DNA from: Dimorphilus gyrociliatus
Taxonomy: Eukaryota; Animalia; Annelida
DNA length: 43,416 nucleotides
Direction of reading: 5' to 3'
NCBI GenBank assembly: GCA_904063045.1
Contig: CAJFCJ010000125.1
Location: forward strand, 1 to 43,416
Positions 21,364 to 32,413 of this stretch are shown here, one piece after another. The position numbers were made by a program, and so were the translations under genes. Under the pieces are notes generated by a model, which saw only the letters and a list, made by a program, of their open reading frames with translations, was not told the DNA's origin and ran no database searches. Every line of letters starts with the position of its first letter. The stretch's first letter is position 1.

Positions 21364-23670
21364 ATGGCGACCAGAAGATATAACCTACAAACATTGGAAT
21401 GTGCAATCTGTTCAGAAGTTATTAAAGAAACTACTGGAAATTTACTTCCTTGTCAACATATATTTTGTAATAAATGTCTGCAAGAACTGCAAGTTGAAAA
21501 TGATGAATTTAATTGTTCAAAATGTCAACAAAACAATGACAAAATATCAAAACACCAAATTGAACAATTAGAAATATCTTTTACTCAGAAATCTCCAAAT
21601 GATTCAGCTAGTCCTCCCTCCAAGGAAATACTTACTCATAATCTAATGTTGAAAATTTGTGAAGGAATTAAAATGTCATCAAATAGTTTAAAGAAACTTG
21701 ATTTTCTCAATTGTAATTTAAATGAAAAACAAGGTATAGAGATTGGAAATATGTTAAAATACTGCTCACGAATACAGTCAATAAATCTATATAGAAATGA
21801 AGGGATTGGTATTGGAATATCAAATATTTGTGAAGGACTTCAAATGTCATCAAATAGTTTACAGACCTTGAAATTTAGCTTGTGTGAATTAGATGAAAAG
21901 CAAGGTAGCGATATTGGTAATTTATTGAATCATTGTTCTGGGATAGTAACAATCTACTTATCAGGGAATAGTTTGATTGGCAAAGGAATATTGAACATTT
22001 GTGAAGGACTTCAAAAATCATCAAATAATCTGAAGACTCTTCATATTAATAGTTGTAAATTAGATGAAGAACAGAGTAGAGAGATTGGAAATTTGTTAAA
22101 ACATTGCTCAATAATTGAATCAATAAATTTATCAGGGAATATTCAAATGGGTAATGGGATAATAAATATTTGTGAAGGTCTTAAAAAGTCATCAAATACT
22201 TTAAAGTGTCTTAAGTTAATTCACTGTAATTTAGATGCAAAACAAGGTGAAGAAATTGGAAATTTACTAAATCAATGCTCTTGTATACAAACTATAAATC
22301 TATCAAAAAATTTAATGTTGAATAATGGAATATTAAAAATTGCTGCGGGACTTCAAATGTCATCTCATAGTTTAACAACACTGGATTTAAGTTGGTCTGA
22401 ATTAGATAAAACTCATTGTAAAGAGATTGGAAATTTATTAAGTCAATGCCCTAGAATAGAAACTATCAATCTTTTACGAAATACGAGGATACTTGATGGA
22501 ATATCAAATATTTGTAAAGGACTTCAAGTGTCGTCAAATAATTTAAAGACACTGAAATTAGGATTGGAATATTTAAATGAAGAAAATATAAATGAGATTG
22601 GAAATTTGCTTAATCATTGCTCAAATTTAGAAACAATATGTCTATCAGGAAAAAGATCAATGGATAATGGAATGTTAAGCATCTATGAAGGACTTGAAAA
22701 GTCATCAAATACTTTAAAAATTATTGAATTAACTGCAAGTAATTTTTATGAAAATGATTGGATAGGGATTGGAAATTTGCTTAAACATTGTTCCAGACTG
22801 GAAAAAATAAGTCAATTTCCAAGTGAAGAGATAGGCAATGGAATTTTTAATTTTTGTGAAGGATTTCAAATGTCATCAAACACTTTAACAAATCTTGACC
22901 TAAATTATTGTAATTTAAATGAAGAACATAGTAGAGAAATTGGAAATGCTTTAAAGCATTGCTGCAAAATTGAGATTATAAATCTATCTATGAATGAAAA
23001 TATGGGTAATGGAATATTTAATATTTGCGAAGGACTTCAAACGTCATCAGCTAGTTTAAAATCTTTAGAATTTAGATGGTGCAATTTAGATGAAATACAG
23101 AGTAGAGAGATTGGAAATTTGTTAAAATATTGCTTTAGAATTGAATCAATAATGCTCTCTGGCAATGAGAAAATGGGTAAAGGAATATGGAATATTTGTA
23201 AAGGACTACAAGCATCATCAAATACTTTGATATATTTTGAATTTGGTTGGTGTAATTTAGATGAAACACAATGTAAATATATTGGAAATATGTTAAATTA
23301 TTGCTCAAGAATAGAAACAATAAAACTATCTATGAATGAACAAATGGGTAATGGAATATTAGATATTTTTGGGGGACTTCAAATGTCATCAAGCACTTTG
23401 AAAATTCTGGAGTTAAGTAGATGTAATATACTTGAAAAACACTGTAAAAACTTTGGTAATTTGCTGAAACATTGTTCAAGAATTAAAACTACAACTCTAT
23501 CCTGGAATGACAAGATGGGTAATGGAATATTGGATATTTGCCAAGGGCTTAAACAATCACCAAATACTTTGAAAGGTTTTTGTTTAGTATCTTGTAATTT
23601 AGGAAGAGAAATTGAGTTAAAGATTAGAAATGAACTAAAAAATTGTTCCAAATTAGAATTTATCTTGTGA
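21364..23670 (+). CDS. Intronless RING (C3HC4) + ribonuclease-inhibitor-like LRR protein, 768 aa, about 12 x 56-aa units
   Basis: CAIC..LPCQHIFCNKC..CSKC RING. Twelve copies of ICEGLQxSSNxLxxL alternate with EIGNLLKHCSxIExINL (28+28 aa, 168-bp period). No NACHT/P-loop. Confidence 0.92.
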   Translation: MATRRYNLQTLECAICSEVIKETTGNLLPCQHIFCNKCLQELQVENDEFNCSKCQQNNDKISKHQIEQLEISFTQKSPNDSASPPSKEILTHNLMLKICEGIKMSSNSLKKLDFLNCNLNEKQGIEIGNMLKYCSRIQSINLYRNEGIGIGISNICEGLQMSSNSLQTLKFSLCELDEKQGSDIGNLLNHCSGIVTIYLSGNSLIGKGILNICEGLQKSSNNLKTLHINSCKLDEEQSREIGNLLKHCSIIESINLSGNIQMGNGIINICEGLKKSSNTLKCLKLIHCNLDAKQGEEIGNLLNQCSCIQTINLSKNLMLNNGILKIAAGLQMSSHSLTTLDLSWSELDKTHCKEIGNLLSQCPRIETINLLRNTRILDGISNICKGLQVSSNNLKTLKLGLEYLNEENINEIGNLLNHCSNLETICLSGKRSMDNGMLSIYEGLEKSSNTLKIIELTASNFYENDWIGIGNLLKHCSRLEKISQFPSEEIGNGIFNFCEGFQMSSNTLTNLDLNYCNLNEEHSREIGNALKHCCKIEIINLSMNENMGNGIFNICEGLQTSSASLKSLEFRWCNLDEIQSREIGNLLKYCFRIESIMLSGNEKMGKGIWNICKGLQASSNTLIYFEFGWCNLDETQCKYIGNMLNYCSRIETIKLSMNEQMGNGILDIFGGLQMSSSTLKILELSRCNILEKHCKNFGNLLKHCSRIKTTTLSWNDKMGNGILDICQGLKQSPNTLKGFCLVSCNLGREIELKIRNELKNCSKLEFIL

Positions 23671-24660
23671 ATTCGTAAATGAGTAACACATAATCTCTTT
23701 GATGTCTTCAACAATGTATTTAAAAGCTATGTATATGTCTAAAATATAATTGGTAGTAGCGCCATCTATTGTAAACCTAACCCTTTTTAAAATTCATTGA
23801 TTAAAAAGTTTGATTAATTGTCAATTGTGCAAATGTTGAATTGAATGAAATTTAAGCCAAACTGGATTAAAATTGTTGATAATTATCATTTCCGTTGAGT
23901 ATCGATTAGATATAAATTAATGATTTGTTTTAATACCAAATTTTCTTTGTTGTATATTTTCAATAGTTTTAGTGACATCAATTAGATGTTTAAATGACAA
24001 AAATTCCTAAAAAAAATTATTTGAAAATTGATTAGAAAGATGTTTTACATTTCCTTTTTGTAGAACATTTTTCATTTTCTATAGTTTCAATTCTATATTT
24101 AGAATATTTTATTGAAATAGAAATAAAAGAGAGAAAGTATTAAAAAGGTAAAAGAAAACAAAGAATTAGAAGATAAATGGTATCATTCATTAGATGACCA
24201 ATCTTTCAAAGGGAAATATATTGCCATATATCTTTATCCATATAGAAATCCAGAAATTTTACAAGGATAAACTTTGGCTGTACCTAACCCTTTTCCATTA
24301 TCCTAAATCAAAGATTGAAAAGGGTCATACACAAATATTTGAAAATTGTTCCATTTCTCCATTTCCTAGTAAGTTTATTGATTTTAGATATTTGCTATGG
24401 ACTCTTTCAATCATCAAAATATTTAAGAGATATCAATATATTTCAGACATTGTGATATTAATCGAAAAATGTGTACAAATATGTTTCAATATCATTAAAT
24501 TGCTGAAAAAATACTAAAACTTTAAATGATTGTTTAATAGTAAATTTTATAAAAGTTGATCTGATCATGTTGCCACAAATTAAAGATAATTTGCCAACAG
24601 AGGGACACAAAATGTACAGTTTTAGCCAATGATACTAGATCTGTTTTCATCTATTTAAAC

Positions 24661-24810
24661 AATTGCTATTATTTGTATGAATTTTTCAAAAAATTGACTT
24701 TCAACGAAGCTGAAAGATTTTGTCAATTGAAAGGCAAGAAATTAGTAACGATATCTGGTGAAGACGAAGCAATGTTTGTAAAAATTGCTCTTGTATCAAC
24801 ATTCAGATAG
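24661..24810 (+). pseudogene. C-type lectin domain, N-terminal half
   Basis: NCYYLYEFFKKLTFNEAERFCQLKGKKLVTISGEDEAMFV followed by a stop; the rest of the domain was not found. Confidence 0.75.
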
Positions 24811-24986
24811 TTTAATGAAGCCTTCACAATTACTCTAATGCACTTAAAACTTGATTGGTAAATTCCAACTGCTTGTAAAAACTATTTTTGACATTACAAA
24901 AATAAGAAAGTAGACTGATTTTGTTTCTATTTGCAAACTTTAGGCTTATTAAAGGATAAAGGGAAAAATCAAAATTGGACAACTAG

Positions 24987-25356
24987 TGTACTTTGTTGTA
25001 TTGTAATTGTAGAAACCTCAAGCTTGTCACAATCAAATTTGTCCTCGCCAATCATTTGCCAATGTGTCAAAGTACTCAAACAAATAAAACCTTTCAAGTT
25101 CGTCCACAAGTAGTCTCAATAAATGAAATTTCTCAAGAAATTTACCAACAAAACTCGATTATTTCATTTAAAGAATGTTTATTGAGTAAATGAGTTGCTA
25201 GTTCTAAGCAAACACCAAGTTGACTGTTAGAAAACCAAACTGAAACTGACAAACTGGGAAAATACTTCTCCTTATATACATTTGCCAAAGCTTGGGTTCA
25301 GTTGGTCAAAAGTTTACTCGGATGAAATGTAGCATTTTGATATTTCATATGTAACA
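24987..25356 (-). repeat. Gypsy family A LTR: solo LTR, or 3' LTR of the adjacent integrase-env block
   Basis: Colinear with 14455-14815, including identical AACCTTTCAAGTTCGTCCACAAGTAGTCT. Ends AAAGTACA with no PBS; AATAAA and TATA on the minus strand; no TSD found. Confidence 0.85.
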
Positions 25357-25580
25357 AAAATTCTTTTGAAGATGAAAGACTATTACATAATATTATCTAA
25401 TATGCAATCAGGGTAAATGAAAGCCACATGGCCAACATGTGGTATTACATAATATTTTGTGAAATGTAACAAATCTGAACCATCAAAATCAGGTATTACA
25501 TAACATGTAGCAATTTTGACCTGCATCTTTTTTGGTTTCTTTGTTCTCTTATTGAGCCCTTTTAGAATATCAAACTCTGC

Positions 25581-25733
25581 TGCCACCTAGACCTGTCTAC
25601 AAGTTTGTAGACCTCAGACTTGTAGACAGGTCTAGGTGGCAACTATTTTATTAGAGGAAACCTATTTTAATCTACTATAGAGAAGATTGACTTTTAGAAA
25701 GGCTATAGGTTTCCTCTAATAAAATAGTTGCCA
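25581..25733. repeat. Two overlapping perfect inverted repeats (24-bp and 29-bp arms)
   Basis: 25581-25604/25618-25641 (13-nt loop) and 25637-25665/25705-25733 (39-nt spacer), sharing TGGCA. Confidence 0.95.
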
Positions 25734-25768
25734 GACTCTAAGATCAGCTACTGCTTGGTGCACAAATA

Positions 25769-25780
25769 TCCCACCCTTTT
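25769..25780 (-). promoter_or_regulatory. Polypurine-tract-like sequence
   Basis: AAAAGGGTGGGA immediately at the stop of the env-like frame. Confidence 0.55.
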
Positions 25781-26760
25781 AAGACCTTGCTACCATGAAA
25801 GATCTAGGAGTTGTGATTACAACTGTGTCACCTTCTCTGGATATCCTTGGATAAGTCTGTAAAGGTATAGTTTCTTGTTCAGGAGCTGATTGTTGAGGCT
25901 TCCTTTTAGGTATGTACTTTAAAAATGTTCTCATTCCAATCATTTTCCAATCTTTTTGGTATCCTTTCCAAAATAATATTCCAATTCCAATAAAATAAGT
26001 ATTGGTAGTATGGCATTGTTTTGAATGGTGTCTTCAACCATGATGAGAATAAATGTTGTTTTCTTGACAATGTAGAATCAATGCCTAAGTCATTTGCAAA
26101 ATTAATATGGTTATTATGTCTCATCAGTGTATCCTGAATATATTCTAATACATGCTGAAATTGCTGGTGTTTCTTAATTGATTGTGCTACTGCCCTCTGA
26201 AATTTGCAACCATTCTTTGTGTAATAAATGAATGTCTTTTTTCCAAGTTTTGCCATATAAGAACTGTTTTGAACATTTTCCAATTTTTGTTATGATATCT
26301 GTATCACAAACTACTTGAACTGCTTTCAGTTTTGTGCAAGAATGCAGGGTTGTTAAGTCACCAAGCAAGTACTGTGTGTCCCATGTTTTGATCCAAGTAT
26401 AGTTGGTAACTGAGGAGCTATTGGAGTTAACAATGCAACCATTTTATGACAAAGTTATGAAACTTGTTTAAAAACTGTTTGCAAGTTCTGAAAGTTCCTG
26501 TCTGATTTTCTGTTATTGGCAAAATTGGATTGTGTTAAATCTGTTCTCAGAATGAGGTACCAATACTCTTGTTCCATGACCAGCATATCCTCTTATATAT
26601 CTATCTTCATATGGAAGATCCATTATAGCAAAGTTTGGACATGAAAAATATCCTCCAAGTTTTACACATTCAATGTTAGATGCTACCAATTTCCAAGGTG
26701 AAACATGACCAAGAAAACTTTGTCTTTTTTTAGGATTGAAAATAATAATTGAATCCAAAG
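25779..26760 (-). pseudogene. env-like third ORF of a Gypsy element, frameshifted
   Basis: Lies between the integrase C-terminus and the PPT. Stitching frames gives a Cys-rich region with NxS/T sequons (NSSSVTNYTW), a heptad-like stretch, FSSWLK, a hydrophobic segment AILPILIL/IGIGILFWK and a short tail. Confidence 0.55.
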
Positions 26761-26793
26761 TTCTGCAATATTTCCTTTTGATTGAACAATCTC

Positions 26794-27232
26794 CTAAAAT
26801 TCAAGGTCTGTTGTTATTTCATCTTGGTTAGGTTGCCAATATGCTTTACCAATTTGAAGAATTGTTGCCTTTGGCCATCTGTAAAATCCTCCCTTGTTTT
26901 CATTGTAAACCAGTTGTTTTCCTTTTTCCAGGACTTTTTGTCCTTTGAATGCTGTCTTGTTGTCAAACATGCTTTTGCATAGTTTTTCAGGTAATGTCAT
27001 TGTCTGTTTCTTAATTCTGTGTTTCTTTGATCCAAAGAAGTAGTAGGTATAATAATTAATTCTTCCTTTAACCATAAATTTTGTTGTAGGTTCCAATCTT
27101 GGAACTTCCATTAACAAATCCAAGACATTTCTATTTTTCAATCAAAACAATATTTCATGTGGAGTTTTTCCAGTACTTCCCACTGACATTTGATTCAGGC
27201 ATGCTTGAATGTAATTCTCTTGTCCAATCTTT
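26794..27232 (-). pseudogene. Gypsy integrase C-terminal part
   Basis: DWTREL..IQACLN..STGKTPHEILF(G)..R..LD, then a tail with K..FD..GKQLVY..RW.KATI. Confidence 0.75.
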
Positions 27233-27518
27233 ATTTTTTTCTTTTTTTCTTTGTTCATTCATTTAAAGAATTTTCCTATTCAAATTCACAATACTATACC
27301 TTTGCAGCCATGTTGTTTTTTTTTTAATTTTTCAAATAATAGAAATTATTATTTACATTGTTATAGTTTATTTATATTTCTTTCACATTTATTTATGATT
27401 ATTGGAAATTTAAAGTAAAATTTTTTTAACATTACGCAATTAAATTTTCAATTGTTAAGAATTCCTTTGTCAAATTTTTTACAATGGATAGATTGGTGAA
27501 TATTTTCCTTATTAGGTA

Positions 27519-27536
27519 AGAGAGAGAGAGAGAGAG
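27519..27536 (+). repeat. (GA)n microsatellite
   Basis: Directly visible. Confidence 0.9.
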
Positions 27537-27909
27537 GTTAGTGTTAGGGTTAATAATTCTCTTCTCTTCTCTTTTTTTTCTACTGAAAATGCTTGGTAAT
27601 CAAGCAATGGAAAATGCTTTAGAATTGGGATATTTGTGCACTTTGGAATTATAATATAAAGACTTTAGATAGATCTTATTTTAAAGGAATTAGAATAGTG
27701 AAATATTAGAAAAAACCACTTTTTGATGGAATTAATAACCCAAACCTAAGAAAGACCTTATTTAGTAGAATTAGATGCTTTAAATTCTAGAAAGGCTTTT
27801 AGTTTGCACAAAGTATAATTCTCTGAACAAAACAGATGTTGCCATGGTGGTATAAACAATGGAACAAAGAACAGGAAAAAAAGCATGTCAAAATTGTTAC
27901 ATCTTATTC

Positions 27910-29264
27910 AATAACAGATGCTGAAAACTAAGGCTTGTTTTCGAAGTACCACATGTTACCTTATCACCTAACAGCTGTATTGCCTTTTCTGTAATGAAGG
28001 ACATGAGAGTACCTGAATCACACAGAGCCAAAGTTTCTCTCCCTTTTGGATTCACAAATCTAAACATGAAGTCATTTCTTCCCTTAACTCGAGAAGTACA
28101 TCAAAAATGGTACTTTATTTCTTGTCCCACATGATATATTGCAACTGTTCCAGCTGTATTTTTGCCATCTGATGGTTTATCAGGTTTTTCAAAACTGATT
28201 CTGTGGAGGGTTGACTTTGATTCAGCCCTCCTGTTTCCATGATGGTTTCTACCATATCTTGGATTGTAACCTCTATTCTCTGGATTACTGTGTCTGTGTT
28301 GTGGAGGATTATAAGTCTTCCAATCATTTTTCTTCCAATATTGTTCCTCTTTTTCCTCTATTCGTAGAGTACTAAAATATGCTTCAGCTTCTTTTGCCAA
28401 ATTTAGATACTGTTTTGCATTGTCAATATTCCTGTGTTGTTCCACATGATTGACTATATCAGCCCTCAGGCCAGATCTCAAGGTGTTTAATAACTGTATT
28501 TGTCTTATCCTTTCAATCACAGCAGGCTGATCATTTGCATTTCCAGGCAAGAATTTCTCAATAAGATCACTTGCTCTCCCAGCAAAACTTGATACAGTTT
28601 CACCACTTAATTGATTCAATCTTTCAACATCTCTTTTATAGATAATAGGGGGAGGGTTAAACTCAAAGTCTAAAGCTCCCCATATATCTTTTTCTGATGC
28701 TTCAGGAGGAAGTCTTTCAACAAACAAGTCTAGCTTTATCTACAGTATACTTTCTTAACATTCGTATTCTTTTTGCTTCAGTATTCCATGAACTTATTTC
28801 TGCAGCTGTTCTAAAATTCCTTTTAAAATTCCAGGTGTCCTCTCTTCCAGAATATGGTTTCAACAATGTAGTATTTGGTCTTTCACCAGCATCCAAGAGT
28901 AAATTTGCCATGGTGTTTTCCAATTCAGTGATTCGCATTACTAACTGTTCTGTTGTCCTCTGTCCCCTATTTCTCTCTTGAGACATTGGTTCACTTGAAC
29001 TACCAGATTGCAATTTGCGGCTACTTGAACTTCCATACATAGAAGAGTTCTCAGGAAGAGTTAATGAACCAGACTGCACATGTTTTGCAATGAAGGATTC
29101 ACCATCAACAGCTCCACCCAAATTCTTTATTTTCTCCATGTATTCTTCCAATTTCAGCATATATTCACTGATTTTCTTTTCATCTTTACTTGCTCTACTA
29201 GTAGAGGGATCACTTCCAGCACTAGCCATTTTCAAAAAAAATGAGAATCCTGTCGACTGCGCCA
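27910..29264 (-). pseudogene. gag: Gypsy family B gag-protease, frameshifted; RT/RNase H missing
   Basis: ORFs 28717..29265 and 28101..28727 are homologous to family A gag (ERPNTTLLKPYSG..TWNFKRNF..RIRMLRKYT). Protease ALCDSGTLMSFI at ~27980-28020. Confidence 0.88.
29249..29264 (-). promoter_or_regulatory. Primer-binding site complementary to the tRNA-Ser 3' end
   Basis: TGGCGCAGTCGACAGG, 4 nt after ...AAAGTACA; similar to the tRNA-Ser PBS of Drosophila 17.6/297-type elements. Confidence 0.85.
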
Positions 29265-29268
29265 AGTT

Positions 29269-29650
29269 TGTACTTTCCTGCTGAGGTATCAGGAGTAAAC
29301 CACTTAGAAGAGAGATGTAGAATTGAGGGAGGATGAATATAGAACCAAAATGTAAGAATAATATAACTGTATTCTAAAGTAATACTAGACCTGTTCACTA
29401 AGGGAGTTGATTCAGGACTGAATGCCTGTTACTGCCTATGCCCTGCTTTTATACAATTCCTTATCAGTTGTTCATGCCTTGGCTGTCAACAACAAGGGTC
29501 TAACCCCAGATAAGGATTGTTCACAACAAACAGGGTCAAGGGTTATCATATTATGCAATAGTGATGTAAACAACAACAACTGTGTGTAGGTTGCCCCTCA
29601 AGGGTCAATTCTTACATCATATTTATGTAAATAAACACTTGTTGTTGTCA
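29269..29650 (-). repeat. 5' LTR of Gypsy family B (outer boundary uncertain)
   Basis: Ends AAAGTACA before the PBS; TATAAAA at ~29447-29455. Not alignable to the family A LTR beyond the terminal 8 bp. Confidence 0.6.
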
Positions 29651-31243
29651 ACATGTTTGTTATGTAATATCTTATACTTTGCCTATAAAAGGGGTTGATT
29701 CTGGCAGTTGGGTACCATCTACCCTAGAGGCAACATCTACTTCAACAACTTCTACCATATAGTAAGTATCATTTATAAAATATCTATCAACTATAGTTCA
29801 TAAGTGTACACTGGATGTTGTTGAAAACGCCCACAACTGAATATTCACCAAATTATCAACATTATATTTATTATCTACCAGTTTTCTCCTGGCAAATGAT
29901 ATATTTAAATAGTGGAGTTGAACACTTGGTGTTGAAAAGGTTTAGACAATGAACTTATCATATCTAGAGAAATATAGACACTACTAATCTCTGACCTTGT
30001 TTCCAAATAGCCTGTTCTACAGGAAAAAAATGAGAAGGAAGAGTATTTTGTTTAAAAGGTTAAAAAATGTAAATTAATTTTTATACCAAAAGGGAAAGCC
30101 TCTTGACTGGATTTAAAAGATTTTTCAAAATTTCAGTATTCACTCTCATAAACTTTTTTAGACAATTTCCAACACTCTTTGAACAATCTGTAGATTTGAA
30201 CATTACGTAATGTATACTCATAAAACTAGATGATAAAACTAATTCCCTTCTAGAGAATGCAAAAGTTCTCCATTTCTAAATGTTTCAGTGATTAAATTTT
30301 CCAATTTTTTGATCTAGATAAAGACGTAAACATTTGGGCTCCACATTACTTTCAATTTCGGCATCAAACAATATATATGATTTGTATTCAAAATGCGTTC
30401 ATATACTATTTGATTATTGACTGAAGAGTTGATAAAAAATTCTGTAGAATAAATAAAAGATGACAAATGAATTTGTTTTAAAACCCAAAAATCGCCATTT
30501 TGTTTTTTACTCACATGGCTTTTAGTAAAGGCAACATTTAATGGATTTTGCCTAGAAATCTTTAGCTTTTAGTCAATCATCATTTACTAAGGAGATGTAC
30601 AATCAACGCCAATCAACACTTGTACAGGTCGTTGAACAGCAGTGTAGATTGTCCTTTTTAGAAGACTGTTAAACTTTATTTCTGTATTGATTGTAGTGTG
30701 TTGAGTTCAGAGTGAGGCAGATAATCTTTCTCTCATAATTCCCTTCTGATTTTAGGAGATAGCTCTCGTCATTCAGATAAGATCCGACTTGTCCAGAATA
30801 GTATCTTTAAACAGTTGAATGATACGAATCTAGAAAGGCTGTCATGGAAAACGTCCACAAAACTTTTTATAAGCCGAACTGTACAAGACAATGGGGGTCG
30901 ATCATCTTGTTAATTCAAAATAAGCAACTTCTGAGCCAACATAAGCTTTTCAGATTATTTACTGATTTTCAATAAATTATTATTAGCATGAGTAAAGCTT
31001 ACAAAAATAACAAATAGACAATTAGAGGAAAATGATATAAGTAAACAAATGATGATTTGGTGATAGTTTAATCAAAGAGATGAAATGGTTTTTTGTAGTT
31101 GAAAATGTTAAAGCCATTAAAAAATCATTACTTTTTTTCTTGTAAATGTTTTCTCAAGTATATCAAGTTTTGGCATTCGATAACAACTCATTCATATATA
31201 ATAGTGTCCTACATTTCTATAAACGAGAAGTGAAACTGAAATC

Positions 31244-32413
31244 ATGTTTAGGGAATCACTAATCTTAGTCCTATCATTTTCGGAAATCTTGGCAGTTGAG
31301 CTTAGCAATGGCTATATTGAAAAATCGCGTTAGTTTTTATACAATCGCCTTTTACTTGGAAAAAAATATATCTTCTTTTAACTTTCAGTGTGTTCAACCT
31401 ACACAAAACATTATAGAGAGGTGTACACTTATAAAACTAGAAACGTAATGAGCACAGAGGATAATTTGAAAGATTGTCTGCAAAAGTGCGAAAATAAAAA
31501 TGACTGTTCTAGCTTCGAATACAATAGTTTGACCAAAGAGTGCAATGTTAATGTTTTTGGGTCACATGGACCTAGTCTTAAAGAGGCTGAAAATTTTATT
31601 CATTATTCAAAAATTAATAATCCTAGTAGGTTTTTTAAAAAAAAATTGCATCAATATTCTGTCTATGCTGTAAAAATATCATTATTTTATAGGCTGTAAC
31701 AGCTGGATTAAAACTGAGAAAAAACTTATAGCAAGTTGTGGCTGTTCTATAAAATCTGTGCTTACTGATAATGAGCAAAGCTGCAAAAGCAAATGTCTAC
31801 TGCACCAAAAATGCTATTCTGTGCATTTTATAAAGGAGAATACGCCAAATTGTCAACTTCTCGGGGCAGTTTCTGTTCAGGCTGCTCTATTTGCAAAGGC
31901 CAATTTTGATCTGCTGCAACGACCAATATGCCTCAGTAAGCGAGACAGTTATTTATCTAAATTTTTCTTTGATTTAGGTAAAATTATTCTTCCCTATTTG
32001 CAGCTTTGTTTAACGTGTCGATATCGGATGTTTGCTTGGCTAATACATCAGTTCAGAATTACATTCAGTCGCTTGGTGACACAAATACTGAATGTGCTGA
32101 AAATACTCCTGATATTCCAATGTATACAAAAGTAATTTACACAGCTAGTGAGATATTCAGTCCAAATATTCAGATAGAAGTGAGTATTTTCACTTTGGGC
32201 GATAATCAACAATGTCTGAACATTATTGTTGATATGCATGAATTTTCTTATAAGGAAATGTGTACTGTTAAAAATGTTATGGGTAATTTGTGTACATTTA
32301 TTTGTGATGGTAAGAATTTTCATGAAATAACAATAACTAATTTTTCACCAAACTTAAAATTTTGTGAAATTAAATTGTCGTCTGATGAAAAGTTGATTAA
32401 CGTTTGTCTGTAA
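31244..32413 (+). CDS. Secreted protein with two PAN/apple domains and a Cys-containing C-terminal domain, 324 aa
   Basis: Exons 31244-31328, 31389-31625, 31693-31935 and 32004-32413; phase-1 introns of 60, 67 and 68 nt; total 975 nt, open. DCLQKCENKNDCSSFEY..C and SCKSKC..KCYSVHF..C are PAN patterns. Confidence 0.85.

Noticed and set aside
10259-27905. Recurring AATTGTTACAT/ATGTAACAATT at ~10259, 14798, 14910, 15320, 27892
   Set aside because: Two occurrences are the inverted-repeat arms; the rest are expected from TGTTACA-type LTR ends and AT-rich composition.
29800-30960. WSPNVYVF/NGELLHS resembling a Cys-loop channel extracellular domain
   Set aside because: No Cys-loop signature or TM segments found; too many stops to support a call.
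423-32323. Many antisense or overlapping ORFs in the six-frame track (e.g. 423..773, 12565..12771, 14309..14527, 23379..23714, 29015..29284, 32048..32323)
   Set aside because: Shadows of real coding regions on the opposite strand; no motifs of their own.
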